The notes under the pieces: generated by a model | Told to the model about the DNA's origin: nothing | Seen by the model: only the letters and a program-made list of their open reading frames with translations | Database searches by the model: none | Position numbers and translations under genes: made by a program | DNA from: a virus | DNA: 46,626 bases | Strand: one strand, 5' to 3' | IMG/VR virus record: IMGVR_UViG_3300039452_000062 | Location: 1-46,626 of that record | Part shown: one piece after another, positions 1 to 8,525 of the stretch | Layout of the letters: every line of letters starts with the position of its first letter | Position numbering within the stretch: position 1 is the first letter of the stretch

Positions 1-147
1 AATGCTCACATTGTATGAATATTCGAAGGGCAATTCTACAACGCCAGCATTTATCGCCGCCTGCAAGATCGGCGCAAGCGTGGTATCAACATATTCGCGA
101 ATGATGAGCTTTATATCGTTCAGTTCCCATGTGTTGAACTGGCCGGT
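1..147. repeat. terminal direct repeat, copy 1 (assembly overlap of a circular or circularly permuted genome)
   Basis: Bases 1-147 are identical to 46480-46626. The second copy stops exactly at the window edge. Unique length is 46479 bp. Confidence 0.95.
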
Positions 148-612
148 GTTGAACATTGCGCCGCCCTGAACATAGCCAATGCCGGTGAAGATATTGATAT
201 TGACCACACGCGAGCCTGCAAATCGCACGCTGATTTGGTATGTCTGATTGATTCCTTTTCCGGTTCCATTTGTTCCCATTAGGAACCGTTGAAGGCGGCG
301 TTTCAGCCAGCGCACATCGAATACCTTGCCGTCAGCTTTAAAGAAGTGCCAGGATATGACGCGCTTGAAAATATCATCGGTAACGAGTGCATTGCCCATT
401 AATGCAGGGCGCTTGATGCCATACAGGCCTTGAGCCACCCAATCAAGTAATGTGTCGGTGATGACTGGCCCGGTATAGTCAGGTAGGTTCGCTTGCGTGA
501 ACCAGTCCATATACTCCTGCGCCAGTGTGTTATAGGCGTCAACGCTAGCCTGTAAATCAGCATCATCTTTGTACTGGAGGTACAGGTAGCTTGGAATGAT
601 AGAGGTCAGCAT
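1..612 (-). CDS. baseplate/tail protein in the P2 gpI / Mu gp48 position (206 aa; last 2 codons and stop lie across the circular junction)
   Basis: ATG at 612, 4 nt after the stop of the J-like gene. The frame is open to base 1 and, through the repeat, to TGA at 46471-46473, which overlaps the fibre ATG (ATGA). It is absent from the ORF track because the window edge cuts it. Function is inferred from gene order only. Confidence 0.65.
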   Translation of the reverse strand, partial: MLTSIIPSYLYLQYKDDADLQASVDAYNTLAQEYMDWFTQANLPDYTGPVITDTLLDWVAQGLYGIKRPALMGNALVTDDIFKRVISWHFFKADGKVFDVRWLKRRLQRFLMGTNGTGKGINQTYQISVRFAGSRVVNINIFTGIGYVQGGAMFNTGQFNTWELNDIKLIIREYVDTTLAPILQAAINAGVVELPFEYSYNVSI

Positions 613-615
613 CGA

Positions 616-1812
616 TTACACCGGAGTGACGGTAATTCCTGCTGCAACCGCATAAAAATACGATTCGGCATCTCCACTGATAATCCCGGTTCCGCTCGCT
701 GGCGGCGTCAGCACGCCATTGATATACACATCGATATTCAGTATCGAGATGGACGATTGCGGGATTGCTGTAGGCAACGATTGCAGGAAAGCGTCTTTGA
801 TCTGCAATAGGTTCATGGGCTGGCCGACGATGAGCGCATTCACATAGGCTGCCTCTGCCGTTTGCACAAGAGCTGCGACAGTCGCCGGATCGACATAATT
901 TGGCGATGTCGAACGCCAGCCGATATTCATCGTCACCACCTCTTGTGGTGGATTGACGTAAACCACCTGATAAGTATCAGGGAAATCGTTGATGGATACC
1001 GTGATGTTTCGCCCAGTCGTGAGCGATCCAACCAAGCTGGTAATGTCAAACAGCGCCGTGAAAATGGCATAGGCTACTTGATACGGATCACCGCCGCCGC
1101 AAATCACTTTCCACCCCGGCGATTGCTGTTGGACGGCGACAAGGTTTTGCTGTACACCATTCACGTTTTTAAGCAGGGTTTTCAGGTAGCTCGCCATGCC
1201 CATGGAGGCCGCCAGTCCGGCATCCAGCGTGCGCGCACGGAATGACTCATAACTTTCCCCATCCGCATTGCCGGGTAGTCCTGCAAGCGGATTCGTAACT
1301 GTGACGACATATGGAAGCGGCACGGAAGTGACAAGCTGTGTAATGGTATTGGCTGGGACAGACCAGGAGCCAGATTGCGAGGCCACCACATAAAGTGGAA
1401 TGGTTGCGCCACCGCCGCCAATAATTCCACCATCCTGCACCACATATTGATAGGTGCCATCCGATACCGTGAAGCCCTTAGCAATCAGGAACCCAATTGG
1501 GCCGCTGAAAACACAATAACCACTGGTATTGGTCGCCTCGCCCAGCGTAGTACCGTACACATTGCCAAGCTGGATCAGAAGTTGTTCATTGGCCCCATAT
1601 GGCGTCATGGAGTTAATCAAATCGACTTTTGCCGAGTCGATCACCACCAATGCGCCGGTGTCGGTGCTGACGATATCCTCAACCAGCGAGGCAGGAAGAT
1701 CAGCGGTAAACCCGGGATTCGTCGCAGTGATGAGCGCGACGAGTTCAGCCCGCAAATCGGCTGGTGGAGTTGGCTGTACGCCTGCTGCTGTGATAACGGT
1801 AGGTAGGGTCAT
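616..1812 (-). CDS. baseplate J-like wedge protein
   Basis: 398-aa ORF with an ATGA overlap to the upstream gene. Size and position (after the gp25/W-like gene, before the gpI-position gene and fibre) match P2 gpJ / Mu gp47. No motif was verified. Confidence 0.7.
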   Translation of the reverse strand: MTLPTVITAAGVQPTPPADLRAELVALITATNPGFTADLPASLVEDIVSTDTGALVVIDSAKVDLINSMTPYGANEQLLIQLGNVYGTTLGEATNTSGYCVFSGPIGFLIAKGFTVSDGTYQYVVQDGGIIGGGGATIPLYVVASQSGSWSVPANTITQLVTSVPLPYVVTVTNPLAGLPGNADGESYESFRARTLDAGLAASMGMASYLKTLLKNVNGVQQNLVAVQQQSPGWKVICGGGDPYQVAYAIFTALFDITSLVGSLTTGRNITVSINDFPDTYQVVYVNPPQEVVTMNIGWRSTSPNYVDPATVAALVQTAEAAYVNALIVGQPMNLLQIKDAFLQSLPTAIPQSSISILNIDVYINGVLTPPASGTGIISGDAESYFYAVAAGITVTPV

Positions 1813-2156
1813 ACTGGCACGGTGGCTACGATTTTTGCGCCCTGATGGGTCACAACGTTGATATTGTATTCTGGCTGTGCTGGGTTAGGCACTTTAGCCA
1901 CGATCAGGCTTGCGAAATATTGCGCAAACTGCGACTGCGTTTGCGCCACATAAAAGTCAGGGAATATCTGCTGCACCACGGCGCGCTGGGCTGGAATCCC
2001 ATAATTGGCGTAGAACGGCGATTCGTTTAGGGAAAGCTTCAGGCACTGGGCGAGCGTGGTCAGCCAAATAGGATCGTCGAATCCGTTTGCATCAGGATTC
2101 ACTTGAACCCACGAAAGGGTGCCGTCAGGCTGGGTTATTCTTCCATAAGAACGCAT
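1809..2156 (-). CDS. small baseplate wedge protein (gp25 / GPW-like position)
   Basis: 115 aa from ATG 2156. The longer track ORF starting at 2258 would overlap the HNH gene. It sits 1 nt after the HNH stop and has an ATGA overlap with the J-like gene. Confidence 0.55.
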   Translation of the reverse strand: MRSYGRITQPDGTLSWVQVNPDANGFDDPIWLTTLAQCLKLSLNESPFYANYGIPAQRAVVQQIFPDFYVAQTQSQFAQYFASLIVAKVPNPAQPEYNINVVTHQGAKIVATVPV

Positions 2157-2157
2157 A

Positions 2158-2643
2158 TTAAATCCTAGCAAACTCTCCATGAATATAATTTGCCGCGATT
2201 CTAGCCTTATGCGCCTCTTCTTTGGTGGCAAAGAATCCCAGCCAAGTCCTCTTGCCATTAAGGCATATGTGCGCCCTCCATCTTCCTGTCCGCTTGTCTT
2301 CTGTTACCCCTTTTATTCCTGATTGACTATCTTTTCTAACTTTACTATTACATTTATTTTGGCTATTCGTTGCAAGTCTTAGATTATCAATCCTATTGTC
2401 ATTTTTTATGCAGTTTATATGATCTATTTGGCATGTTGGATATTCTCCATAGACGTACAGCCACGCAAGCCTGTGGAAGAAATAATTTTTCCCATCGACC
2501 AGTGATCTAACATAACCTTTGCGATCAATACACGACACAATGTCACCTATTCTTGATGTTCCTGACCTATTTATTTTATTTTTAAAATAACCTGTTCTTG
2601 GATCGTACTCAAATATTTCATGCAATCTTTTTTGAGTAATCAT
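2158..2643 (-). CDS. HNH (HNH_3-type) + AP2-domain homing endonuclease
   Basis: HNH motif HRLAWLYVYGEYPTCQIDHINCIKNDNRIDNLRLATNSQN. AP2-like C-terminus GVTEDKRTGRWRAHICLNGKRTWLGFFATKEEAHKARIAANYIHGEFA. ATG 2643 overlaps the upstream stop (ATGA). The segment is visibly AT-richer than its flanks. Confidence 0.9.
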   Translation of the reverse strand: MITQKRLHEIFEYDPRTGYFKNKINRSGTSRIGDIVSCIDRKGYVRSLVDGKNYFFHRLAWLYVYGEYPTCQIDHINCIKNDNRIDNLRLATNSQNKCNSKVRKDSQSGIKGVTEDKRTGRWRAHICLNGKRTWLGFFATKEEAHKARIAANYIHGEFARI

Positions 2644-2855
2644 GATACCGTACCATTGTTGCAAGTGTCGCCTCGACTATCTACCGTGTGGACGACAGCA
2701 TTCCCTGTTATCTCATTAACGATTGCGGTGGCGATGGCCTGATAGAGCGCCGTGCGGTATGCATCCACCGATCCAGCCCCGACAATTTGAACAGCTGATA
2801 CCGCATCAACGGCGGTCTTTATGCTGCTCGCTAACCTTGTTGCGCTGAGTGTCAT
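2640..2855 (-). CDS. small baseplate-module protein, unknown function
   Basis: 71 aa from ATG 2855, in an ATGA overlap with the stop of the spike gene. The track ORF start at 2918 lies inside the upstream gene. Confidence 0.5.
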   Translation of the reverse strand: MTLSATRLASSIKTAVDAVSAVQIVGAGSVDAYRTALYQAIATAIVNEITGNAVVHTVDSRGDTCNNGTVS

Positions 2856-3475
2856 ATTGTGGCCGTCACTGAAGCTGAAATTTGTGGGTGCGGCGCGCCA
2901 GTGAAGGCACAAACGCAATTGCCCTGGACTACTCCGCGCTGTGCGCCACTACCGCCTTTTAGGCCTATTCCACTCGCATCAATGGTAGCACTGCCGGTCG
3001 TGGTCATAGCAATGCCTGATGGACTGATGACAACCTTTGAACTGCTATTGGTCGTCTTCAGAATAGCTCCATCTGGGCCATAGATTGTGACAGCGGTCGC
3101 ACTCTCTGTGCTCCAATCGTTGCGCGAGCATGGCATAAACACAAGCGCCGTCAGGTTCGCAGGCATCGACAGATCGGCCACGCCGCCGCCAATGCCACTC
3201 ACACCGGATAGGCGCGCATCAGCAGGGAACACCAGACCAGCATCCCCGGCTTTAATTGGGTAGCGCACATACTCTGGCCCGATCATTGGAATAGTCACAG
3301 TGGGCAACGTGAATTTGGAAATCAGCTCGAATTTCACGGTTACGATTGCACCGCTCACCGACACAACTGAACAAGGCAACGCCTTCCCCAAGAGCTGGAA
3401 AGCATCGTTCCATTTGCGCTCAGCGAATCGGTTAAGTGATTGCGCGAGAGGCGTTTTTTGCGCATTGTTGCTCAT
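2852..3475 (-). CDS. baseplate central spike / gpV-like protein
   Basis: 207 aa with an ATGA overlap to the upstream gene. Position matches P2 gpV / Mu gp45. The N-terminal half is beta-rich and OB-like (VVSVSGAIVTVKFE...). Confidence 0.6.
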   Translation of the reverse strand: MSNNAQKTPLAQSLNRFAERKWNDAFQLLGKALPCSVVSVSGAIVTVKFELISKFTLPTVTIPMIGPEYVRYPIKAGDAGLVFPADARLSGVSGIGGGVADLSMPANLTALVFMPCSRNDWSTESATAVTIYGPDGAILKTTNSSSKVVISPSGIAMTTTGSATIDASGIGLKGGSGAQRGVVQGNCVCAFTGAPHPQISASVTATI

Positions 3476-4416
3476 GCTATGTATGCCTCAAATGTCGTCA
3501 CCCAGCTATTGGCATCGGGTTGGCGGAAGTTCCCCATGTGACGCGCTTCCTTGACCACAAAAACGCCATTGAAGGCCGCTTTATCGCGGTATTGAGAATA
3601 GCTCTGCGCGGTCGTGATCTGCGGGCTTGGTGGCATTTTAATGTAGTCGCCAACACTGATATCGGCACGCATCACGCATTTGAAAATTATGCTGCTGAAG
3701 GCAATCCATGTAGGCTGCCCGATCAGGTCTGTGAACTCAATATTTTTTGGCGTCTTCGCGGTTGATCCATCACTGATAATGAAGGTTTTATCCTTCACAA
3801 GGATATCGACTCCCTGATATGCGGGATCATTGACGATGTGTTGGCTCACGATCTTCACATAGTCGGCAAACTGCGTGATGTTTTCGTAATAGCCTACCTC
3901 ATCCTGGTTAAGAACGAGGTTTTGTGTGGTGCTTATCTGTGCCGTATAGGCTGGGAAGGCAATAGCCAATGTCGCTTTTACAGCATCACCGAGCGCCTGC
4001 CCTTTTCGCCAATTGAGCGTGATATTCTTCGGATCGCTTGCGCTCTCGCCGATCACATTGACGATCAAATCCAAAGACTGCTCCATGGCCTGCCAGTTGC
4101 CAAAAGCTTGCTGGATGGTTCCTTGAAGAATCAGACCTGATTGCTTCGGATTCGCCAGCGGCAGGCCCTTCTGCATGCCGGCATAGATTTCGATATTCCG
4201 ATTGGTCAGGTCTAGCGCTTGCCCAATGTCCTGAATGGATATGCCCCAGACCTTTACATAGGCCGCGCCTGCTGGCTCAGCCATGCGGAAGACTGGGATA
4301 TCAAATTCGACGTTCAGCGCGCCGGGGATGGTCTGACCGAGCGTGTTTAGGCTGGTGAATTCTTTAATCAGCTCACCAGTATCCTGATTGGTGATGCGGA
4401 TGCGGTAATAGCGCAT
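3472..4416 (-). CDS. baseplate hub-like protein (position of P2 gpD / Mu gp44)
   Basis: 314-aa ORF, translationally coupled, lying between the tape-measure-distal genes and the spike. The call rests on synteny. Confidence 0.5.
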   Translation of the reverse strand: MRYYRIRITNQDTGELIKEFTSLNTLGQTIPGALNVEFDIPVFRMAEPAGAAYVKVWGISIQDIGQALDLTNRNIEIYAGMQKGLPLANPKQSGLILQGTIQQAFGNWQAMEQSLDLIVNVIGESASDPKNITLNWRKGQALGDAVKATLAIAFPAYTAQISTTQNLVLNQDEVGYYENITQFADYVKIVSQHIVNDPAYQGVDILVKDKTFIISDGSTAKTPKNIEFTDLIGQPTWIAFSSIIFKCVMRADISVGDYIKMPPSPQITTAQSYSQYRDKAAFNGVFVVKEARHMGNFRQPDANSWVTTFEAYIA

Positions 4417-4682
4417 CAGATCACCTCAAAATTGTTGCTCTTGACTCGATAGACAAGCTTGGTGGTGAAGTATCCGGCGGTCAGCGAAATATCCTTCGTG
4501 TCAGGCGATCCAATCATCGGCATAGACAGGATAAGCACGCCAGTGGTGTCATAGATATTCACGTAGAACCTTTGGCCGAACAGGTTCCAAGTCACGATGA
4601 CGATATAGCTTTTCCCGTCAAACGTGGCCTCAAACTGGAAGTTGGCCGTGGGCGATTGATTGAATGGGATAATCGTTGCCAT
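4416..4682 (-). CDS. small tail/baseplate protein, unknown
   Basis: 88 aa from ATG 4682 (TAATG overlap with the upstream stop). The longer track ORF start at 4808 lies inside the upstream gene. Confidence 0.5.
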   Translation of the reverse strand: MATIIPFNQSPTANFQFEATFDGKSYIVIVTWNLFGQRFYVNIYDTTGVLILSMPMIGSPDTKDISLTAGYFTTKLVYRVKSNNFEVI

Positions 4683-5419
4683 TACAGCCCCTCGCCAGAG
4701 AACGAAGCCCCGCCCGTGAGAGAGCCGATCAGATTCCCCGCTGATGGGATCACGCTTCCCACTGCATTGCTGATGGTCTTGCCAACAGAAGTAGCTACGC
4801 CGGACCACGTTGGCTGGCCGTCAATCGGCAATTGATTGCTGATGCGCGACATGAGCGAGCTTGCGAACTGCTGCGCGGTATCGAGCGCCACAAGCGGTTT
4901 TTCAAAGTCCCACTGCCATTCCATTTGCTTCTGTTTCGTATCCCCTGGCGTCACATCGCGCAGAGTTTTTAGGATGCAATTTGTGTAGATGAAAGCAGGA
5001 GTCACCACCGTGAAAGTGCCGCCGCTGGAAGTATGTTGTTCAAGCGCGGCCTGCAATGCGGTCATAGTCGCCAGCTTTGCCGCATAGCCGCCGCTCTCGC
5101 GCACCGGGCAGATCATGGCGAGGGAGATTGTGTTCGGCTGCGCCACAATGGCATTGGCGGCCACAGTCTGGTTCGCAAACGGATACTGTGCAATTTGGTT
5201 GTTTACTAGCGTGCCGCCAGCAATCGGCATGAAGCGCGCAAAGAAGGAGTCAGGGTCAAGGTCAAGATTCCCTTCCAGCAGCCCAAGGCCGAAGCTTGGC
5301 GCTTGCGTGAGAGCGATAATCGGCAGCATGTTACCGGGGATGAGGTTCGCTATCCCGCCTGTCAGGATGATTGGCGAGACCTCATAGGCGATTTGGAATA
5401 AAGTGCGTCCGGCGCTCAT
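4682..5419 (-). CDS. tail protein downstream of tape measure, unknown
   Basis: 245-aa ORF with an ATGA overlap to the TMP stop. Confidence 0.55.
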   Translation of the reverse strand: MSAGRTLFQIAYEVSPIILTGGIANLIPGNMLPIIALTQAPSFGLGLLEGNLDLDPDSFFARFMPIAGGTLVNNQIAQYPFANQTVAANAIVAQPNTISLAMICPVRESGGYAAKLATMTALQAALEQHTSSGGTFTVVTPAFIYTNCILKTLRDVTPGDTKQKQMEWQWDFEKPLVALDTAQQFASSLMSRISNQLPIDGQPTWSGVATSVGKTISNAVGSVIPSAGNLIGSLTGGASFSGEGL

Positions 5420-7371
5420 TGTGCAAGCTGGCTTCCAATAACTACGGCGTTGCCGCCCGTTGCGTTTTCAATCCTGAAAGTCTGCGCACCTCCCGAGCTT
5501 TGACGTGCCGGGCCGCGATCCACAGCGCGGGAAATCGTCTGCTCAAGGCGGCCGAGAATCGATGTCACGTAATCGCGTGTCTGAGCCGGGCGATTCTCCA
5601 TCCCGAACTTATCAAGATTTCCTTCGCCCCAATTGTACGCGGACAGCGCCTTGGAAAGATCGCCTTTGTAACGCTTTAGCAACCCCCCCATTTTACGAGC
5701 TGCTGCATCTGCTTCTTGCTCTCGGTTGAACGGATCAGTTATGCCATATTCCCCAGCAGTGGAATCCAGAAACTGGAATGCTCCCTTTGCTGTCCCATAT
5801 TTTGTCATTGGACCTATAGCGCGAGGATTGTATTTTGATTCCTTCCATTCCATCGCGGATAGCAGCCCATTACGCAAGCCATTTTCCTTTTCGCGCTGCG
5901 CATCAGATTGGCTTCCAGGTAAGGCTTTAGCTTGCCCCGCAAACGGTTTAATCTTGCCGCTGGCGCTCTGTGTGGCGGTCGATATCCCAAGCGATTCCAA
6001 GAGCTGCTTTACCTGCGCGCCATCTGCGCCATTGATCGCATCCTGAATGTTCTGGCGCTCCACCTCGCTATTCCGCTTGAGCGCAAAGCCGCTTCGAGCG
6101 TTGAACTTGTCGCCCTTCTCTTTTGCAGCTTCTGGATTCTCAAGGCGGTATTGCATCGCTTCGGCCAATGGCTTATTGATTTTCCTCAGCTCATCCAGCT
6201 TGTGATATTCGCTTGCCTTCAGGGTCTTCTCTGATCCGATGTTAAACACTTTGCCGAGGAACTGCGCCGCTTTAACCAGTCTGCCGCCCATCTCGTCAAG
6301 CGCATCCAAGAACGAATTGACATCCTTGGAAAAGTTATCTGAGGTGAGATACTTTGCGAAGGCTTCCAGCCCGGTGGAAATTTCACCGATCCACTTCCCG
6401 ATCTTCGGGCTGTCGAGGAAAACTTTCACAGCCTTTGTGAATGCCTCGGAAAGCTGACCAAGAGGCCCGCTCAGAGATACCAGCTTTTCCTTGAACAGCT
6501 TTTCGATGGCCGAGCCGGTATTCTTGAAAGTGATTTCAAGTTGCTGCCATGCGCGGTTGACGTTGTCAGCCACCGATAGCTGTTTTACAGATGCGCGGTA
6601 GGCCTGTTCGGTCGCGTCAAGTTCTTCCTTGCTTACGGCCTTCAGGCGCGTCAAAGTGGACAGGTCTGCAAACTCGGTCAAGCCATGGGCTTGCGCGCCC
6701 TGTAGGGTGCCTCCTGAGCGCTCAAACGTGCTTTTCAGCGCTGGGATGAGCATCGTCAGCACTTCTGCATTGCTTTTGCCCTGCATATCAGCGGGATTGA
6801 TTCCAGCAGCCTTGAAAGCCCAGCGCTTGTTCACATCGTTGCGGGCCTCATTGATGCGCCCTAGCATATCGTCAACGTTGACCAGCTTTTGATAGTTGAT
6901 CTGCGCCGCGCTCAGCTCGCCACCAGATACGCCAAGCCCCTGCGAGTCGCGGCGTTGCTGGGATGCGGAAGAGGCCAAACGAGCAATGCCAAATAAGCCG
7001 CCAGCACCGACTACGCCAGATATCAGGCCGATGATGCCGGACCACTTAATCAACATGGCCGCACCATCCTTCAAATTGCCCACAAGCTGCTTTGTGCTTT
7101 TGACCATCCCCACGAAAGTTCGCGCAGTGCCAGCGGCGGCTACAGCGAAAGCCTGCTGGCGGTTCGCTGCATACTGGATTCCCTTGACGGTTTCGGCGAT
7201 TGTCTTGCCCAGCTTGACATACTCACTGCCAGTACCTTTGGCAGCTTCGCCTACGCGCTTCCATGCGGATGGCTGCTTTGCCACCTGCTCCTGGTACTTG
7301 AGAAATTTGGCCTGGAACGCCTCATAAGAGGAATCGGCGATGTCAATCTCAAGAATGCTTTTCGCTACCAT
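5416..7371 (-). CDS. tail tape measure protein with C-terminal lytic transglycosylase (SLT) domain
   Basis: 651 aa with a helical, Ala/Lys/Gln-rich N-terminal two thirds. The C-terminus reads LLSAMEWKESKYNPRAIGPMTKYGTAKGAFQFLDSTAGEYG...YNWGEGN, an SLT-type E-S / GAxQF / YN pattern. It follows the chaperone pair. Confidence 0.85.
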   Translation of the reverse strand: MVAKSILEIDIADSSYEAFQAKFLKYQEQVAKQPSAWKRVGEAAKGTGSEYVKLGKTIAETVKGIQYAANRQQAFAVAAAGTARTFVGMVKSTKQLVGNLKDGAAMLIKWSGIIGLISGVVGAGGLFGIARLASSASQQRRDSQGLGVSGGELSAAQINYQKLVNVDDMLGRINEARNDVNKRWAFKAAGINPADMQGKSNAEVLTMLIPALKSTFERSGGTLQGAQAHGLTEFADLSTLTRLKAVSKEELDATEQAYRASVKQLSVADNVNRAWQQLEITFKNTGSAIEKLFKEKLVSLSGPLGQLSEAFTKAVKVFLDSPKIGKWIGEISTGLEAFAKYLTSDNFSKDVNSFLDALDEMGGRLVKAAQFLGKVFNIGSEKTLKASEYHKLDELRKINKPLAEAMQYRLENPEAAKEKGDKFNARSGFALKRNSEVERQNIQDAINGADGAQVKQLLESLGISTATQSASGKIKPFAGQAKALPGSQSDAQREKENGLRNGLLSAMEWKESKYNPRAIGPMTKYGTAKGAFQFLDSTAGEYGITDPFNREQEADAAARKMGGLLKRYKGDLSKALSAYNWGEGNLDKFGMENRPAQTRDYVTSILGRLEQTISRAVDRGPARQSSGGAQTFRIENATGGNAVVIGSQLAQ

Positions 7372-8071
7372 CCGAATGGGCCTTTCCGCTCCATGGCTTG
7401 AATCAGATAGCGCTGTCGAAATTCGTGCGCATCCCTGAAGTTGTGGTTGTCAACGAGGGTAGAAAAATACCGCGAGAAACCCTCGTTGGCAAGGTAACTC
7501 AGGCAGGAATTGACGAGGGTTTCACCTCGGGAGAGGAAGTCCCGGTCTCGGTCAACATCGGCAAGGAACGTGCGTATTCCGTAACATTGGACGAGGTAGT
7601 CAGCGTACCCCAAATCTCGCTCATCCCAGTTACAAACGTCGCCGCCTCGGATCGTTTGCACATCAACGAAATGCAGGTAAAAAAAACGATGGCGTTTTCG
7701 GCCTCGTCTACGTCGCGCTGCTCAAGATGTCCTTTCGCCAGAGCGTCATACAGCGGCAGCGTGGCCCATCCAGCATCGGTAGGCACTGCCACATTAGACA
7801 GGCGGCGAATCTCTTCCATGAGGCCGCTGGATACGCCTTGCGGACCATCCCATACGCCATCCTCAATCGAAACCTTTTTCAGCAGCATTGCTGCCACGCG
7901 AGGTCCGGCTACAACTTGCAGGCCTTCGGTAAAGATCGCCCCAAAGGTCTTGGATAGCGGGAGGAAGTATTTTTCAAAAACTTCTCGCCCGATTGGCGTT
8001 GAGTGGATATACACAACGCCGCTATCGGTTTCGATTGGGCAGACTAGATTGAGCTGCTTATCGATCTTCAT
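7365..8071 (-). CDS. tail assembly chaperone, predicted -1 frameshift fusion product (~235 aa)
   Basis: After the slip at 7685-7679, the -1 frame reads FFYLHFVDVQTIRGG... without a stop into track ORF 7365..7661. That ORF ends overlapping the TMP start. Confidence 0.6.
7499..8071 (-). CDS. tail assembly chaperone (zero-frame product)
   Basis: 190-aa ORF between the tube gene and TMP. It contains an in-frame T TTT TTT slippery heptamer. Confidence 0.7.
   Translation of the reverse strand: MKIDKQLNLVCPIETDSGVVYIHSTPIGREVFEKYFLPLSKTFGAIFTEGLQVVAGPRVAAMLLKKVSIEDGVWDGPQGVSSGLMEEIRRLSNVAVPTDAGWATLPLYDALAKGHLEQRDVDEAENAIVFFTCISLMCKRSEAATFVTGMSEIWGTLTTSSNVTEYARSLPMLTETGTSSPEVKPSSIPA
7679..7685 (-). 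promoter_or_regulatory. slippery heptamer T_TTT_TTT (within a T8 run) for -1 programmed frameshifting
   Basis: Zero-frame codons are GTT TTT TTT ACC (..IVFFT..). The plus strand shows A8 at 7679-7686. Confidence 0.6.
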
Positions 8072-8517
8072 TAGACATTCCAGGTGGAGTTATTCACGTA
8101 GTAGTAGCCACCCAGCGTGACAGCATAGCCCGCATCCTGGCCGTCGATCACCAGCGGCGCAATGGATTGGATAGCGCCGTTATAGATCGTGAAAGTGCCG
8201 AGCACGGACGAATCCGAATTGACGGTGAATTCCCCGATTTGAGCGTTTGCCTCCATCTTCGCCTTGTACTGATCGGCAAGGCCTTGAGTGCGCAGCAAAT
8301 TGATGGTCACATTCGCCATCAGGAACGGCTCCGGGGAAGTCACAGCGCCAGTCATGGACGGGATGAACGTAGTGGTATTCCCTTCCAAGGCCAGTGAAAT
8401 GCCAGCCTTCCCGAGATATGGCGCCGTCACATTCAACGCCGGGAATGCTGGAATCGACACGCTACCGCGCAGGCGGTTAAGCGTGCCTTGTGGAATCATT
8501 GGATTTGCGATTGGCAT
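8071..8517 (-). CDS. tail tube protein
   Basis: 148-aa ORF directly after the sheath-size gene and before the chaperone (TAATG coupling). Confidence 0.7.
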   Translation of the reverse strand: MPIANPMIPQGTLNRLRGSVSIPAFPALNVTAPYLGKAGISLALEGNTTTFIPSMTGAVTSPEPFLMANVTINLLRTQGLADQYKAKMEANAQIGEFTVNSDSSVLGTFTIYNGAIQSIAPLVIDGQDAGYAVTLGGYYYVNNSTWNV

Positions 8518-8525
8518 GGCTTACC

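Noticed and set aside
862-1861. Plus-strand ORFs inside the J-like baseplate gene, and similar antisense ORFs throughout the structural block
   Set aside because: They overlap strongly supported, translationally coupled minus-strand genes. They have no SDs, and their Arg/His/Cys-rich composition is typical of shadow frames.
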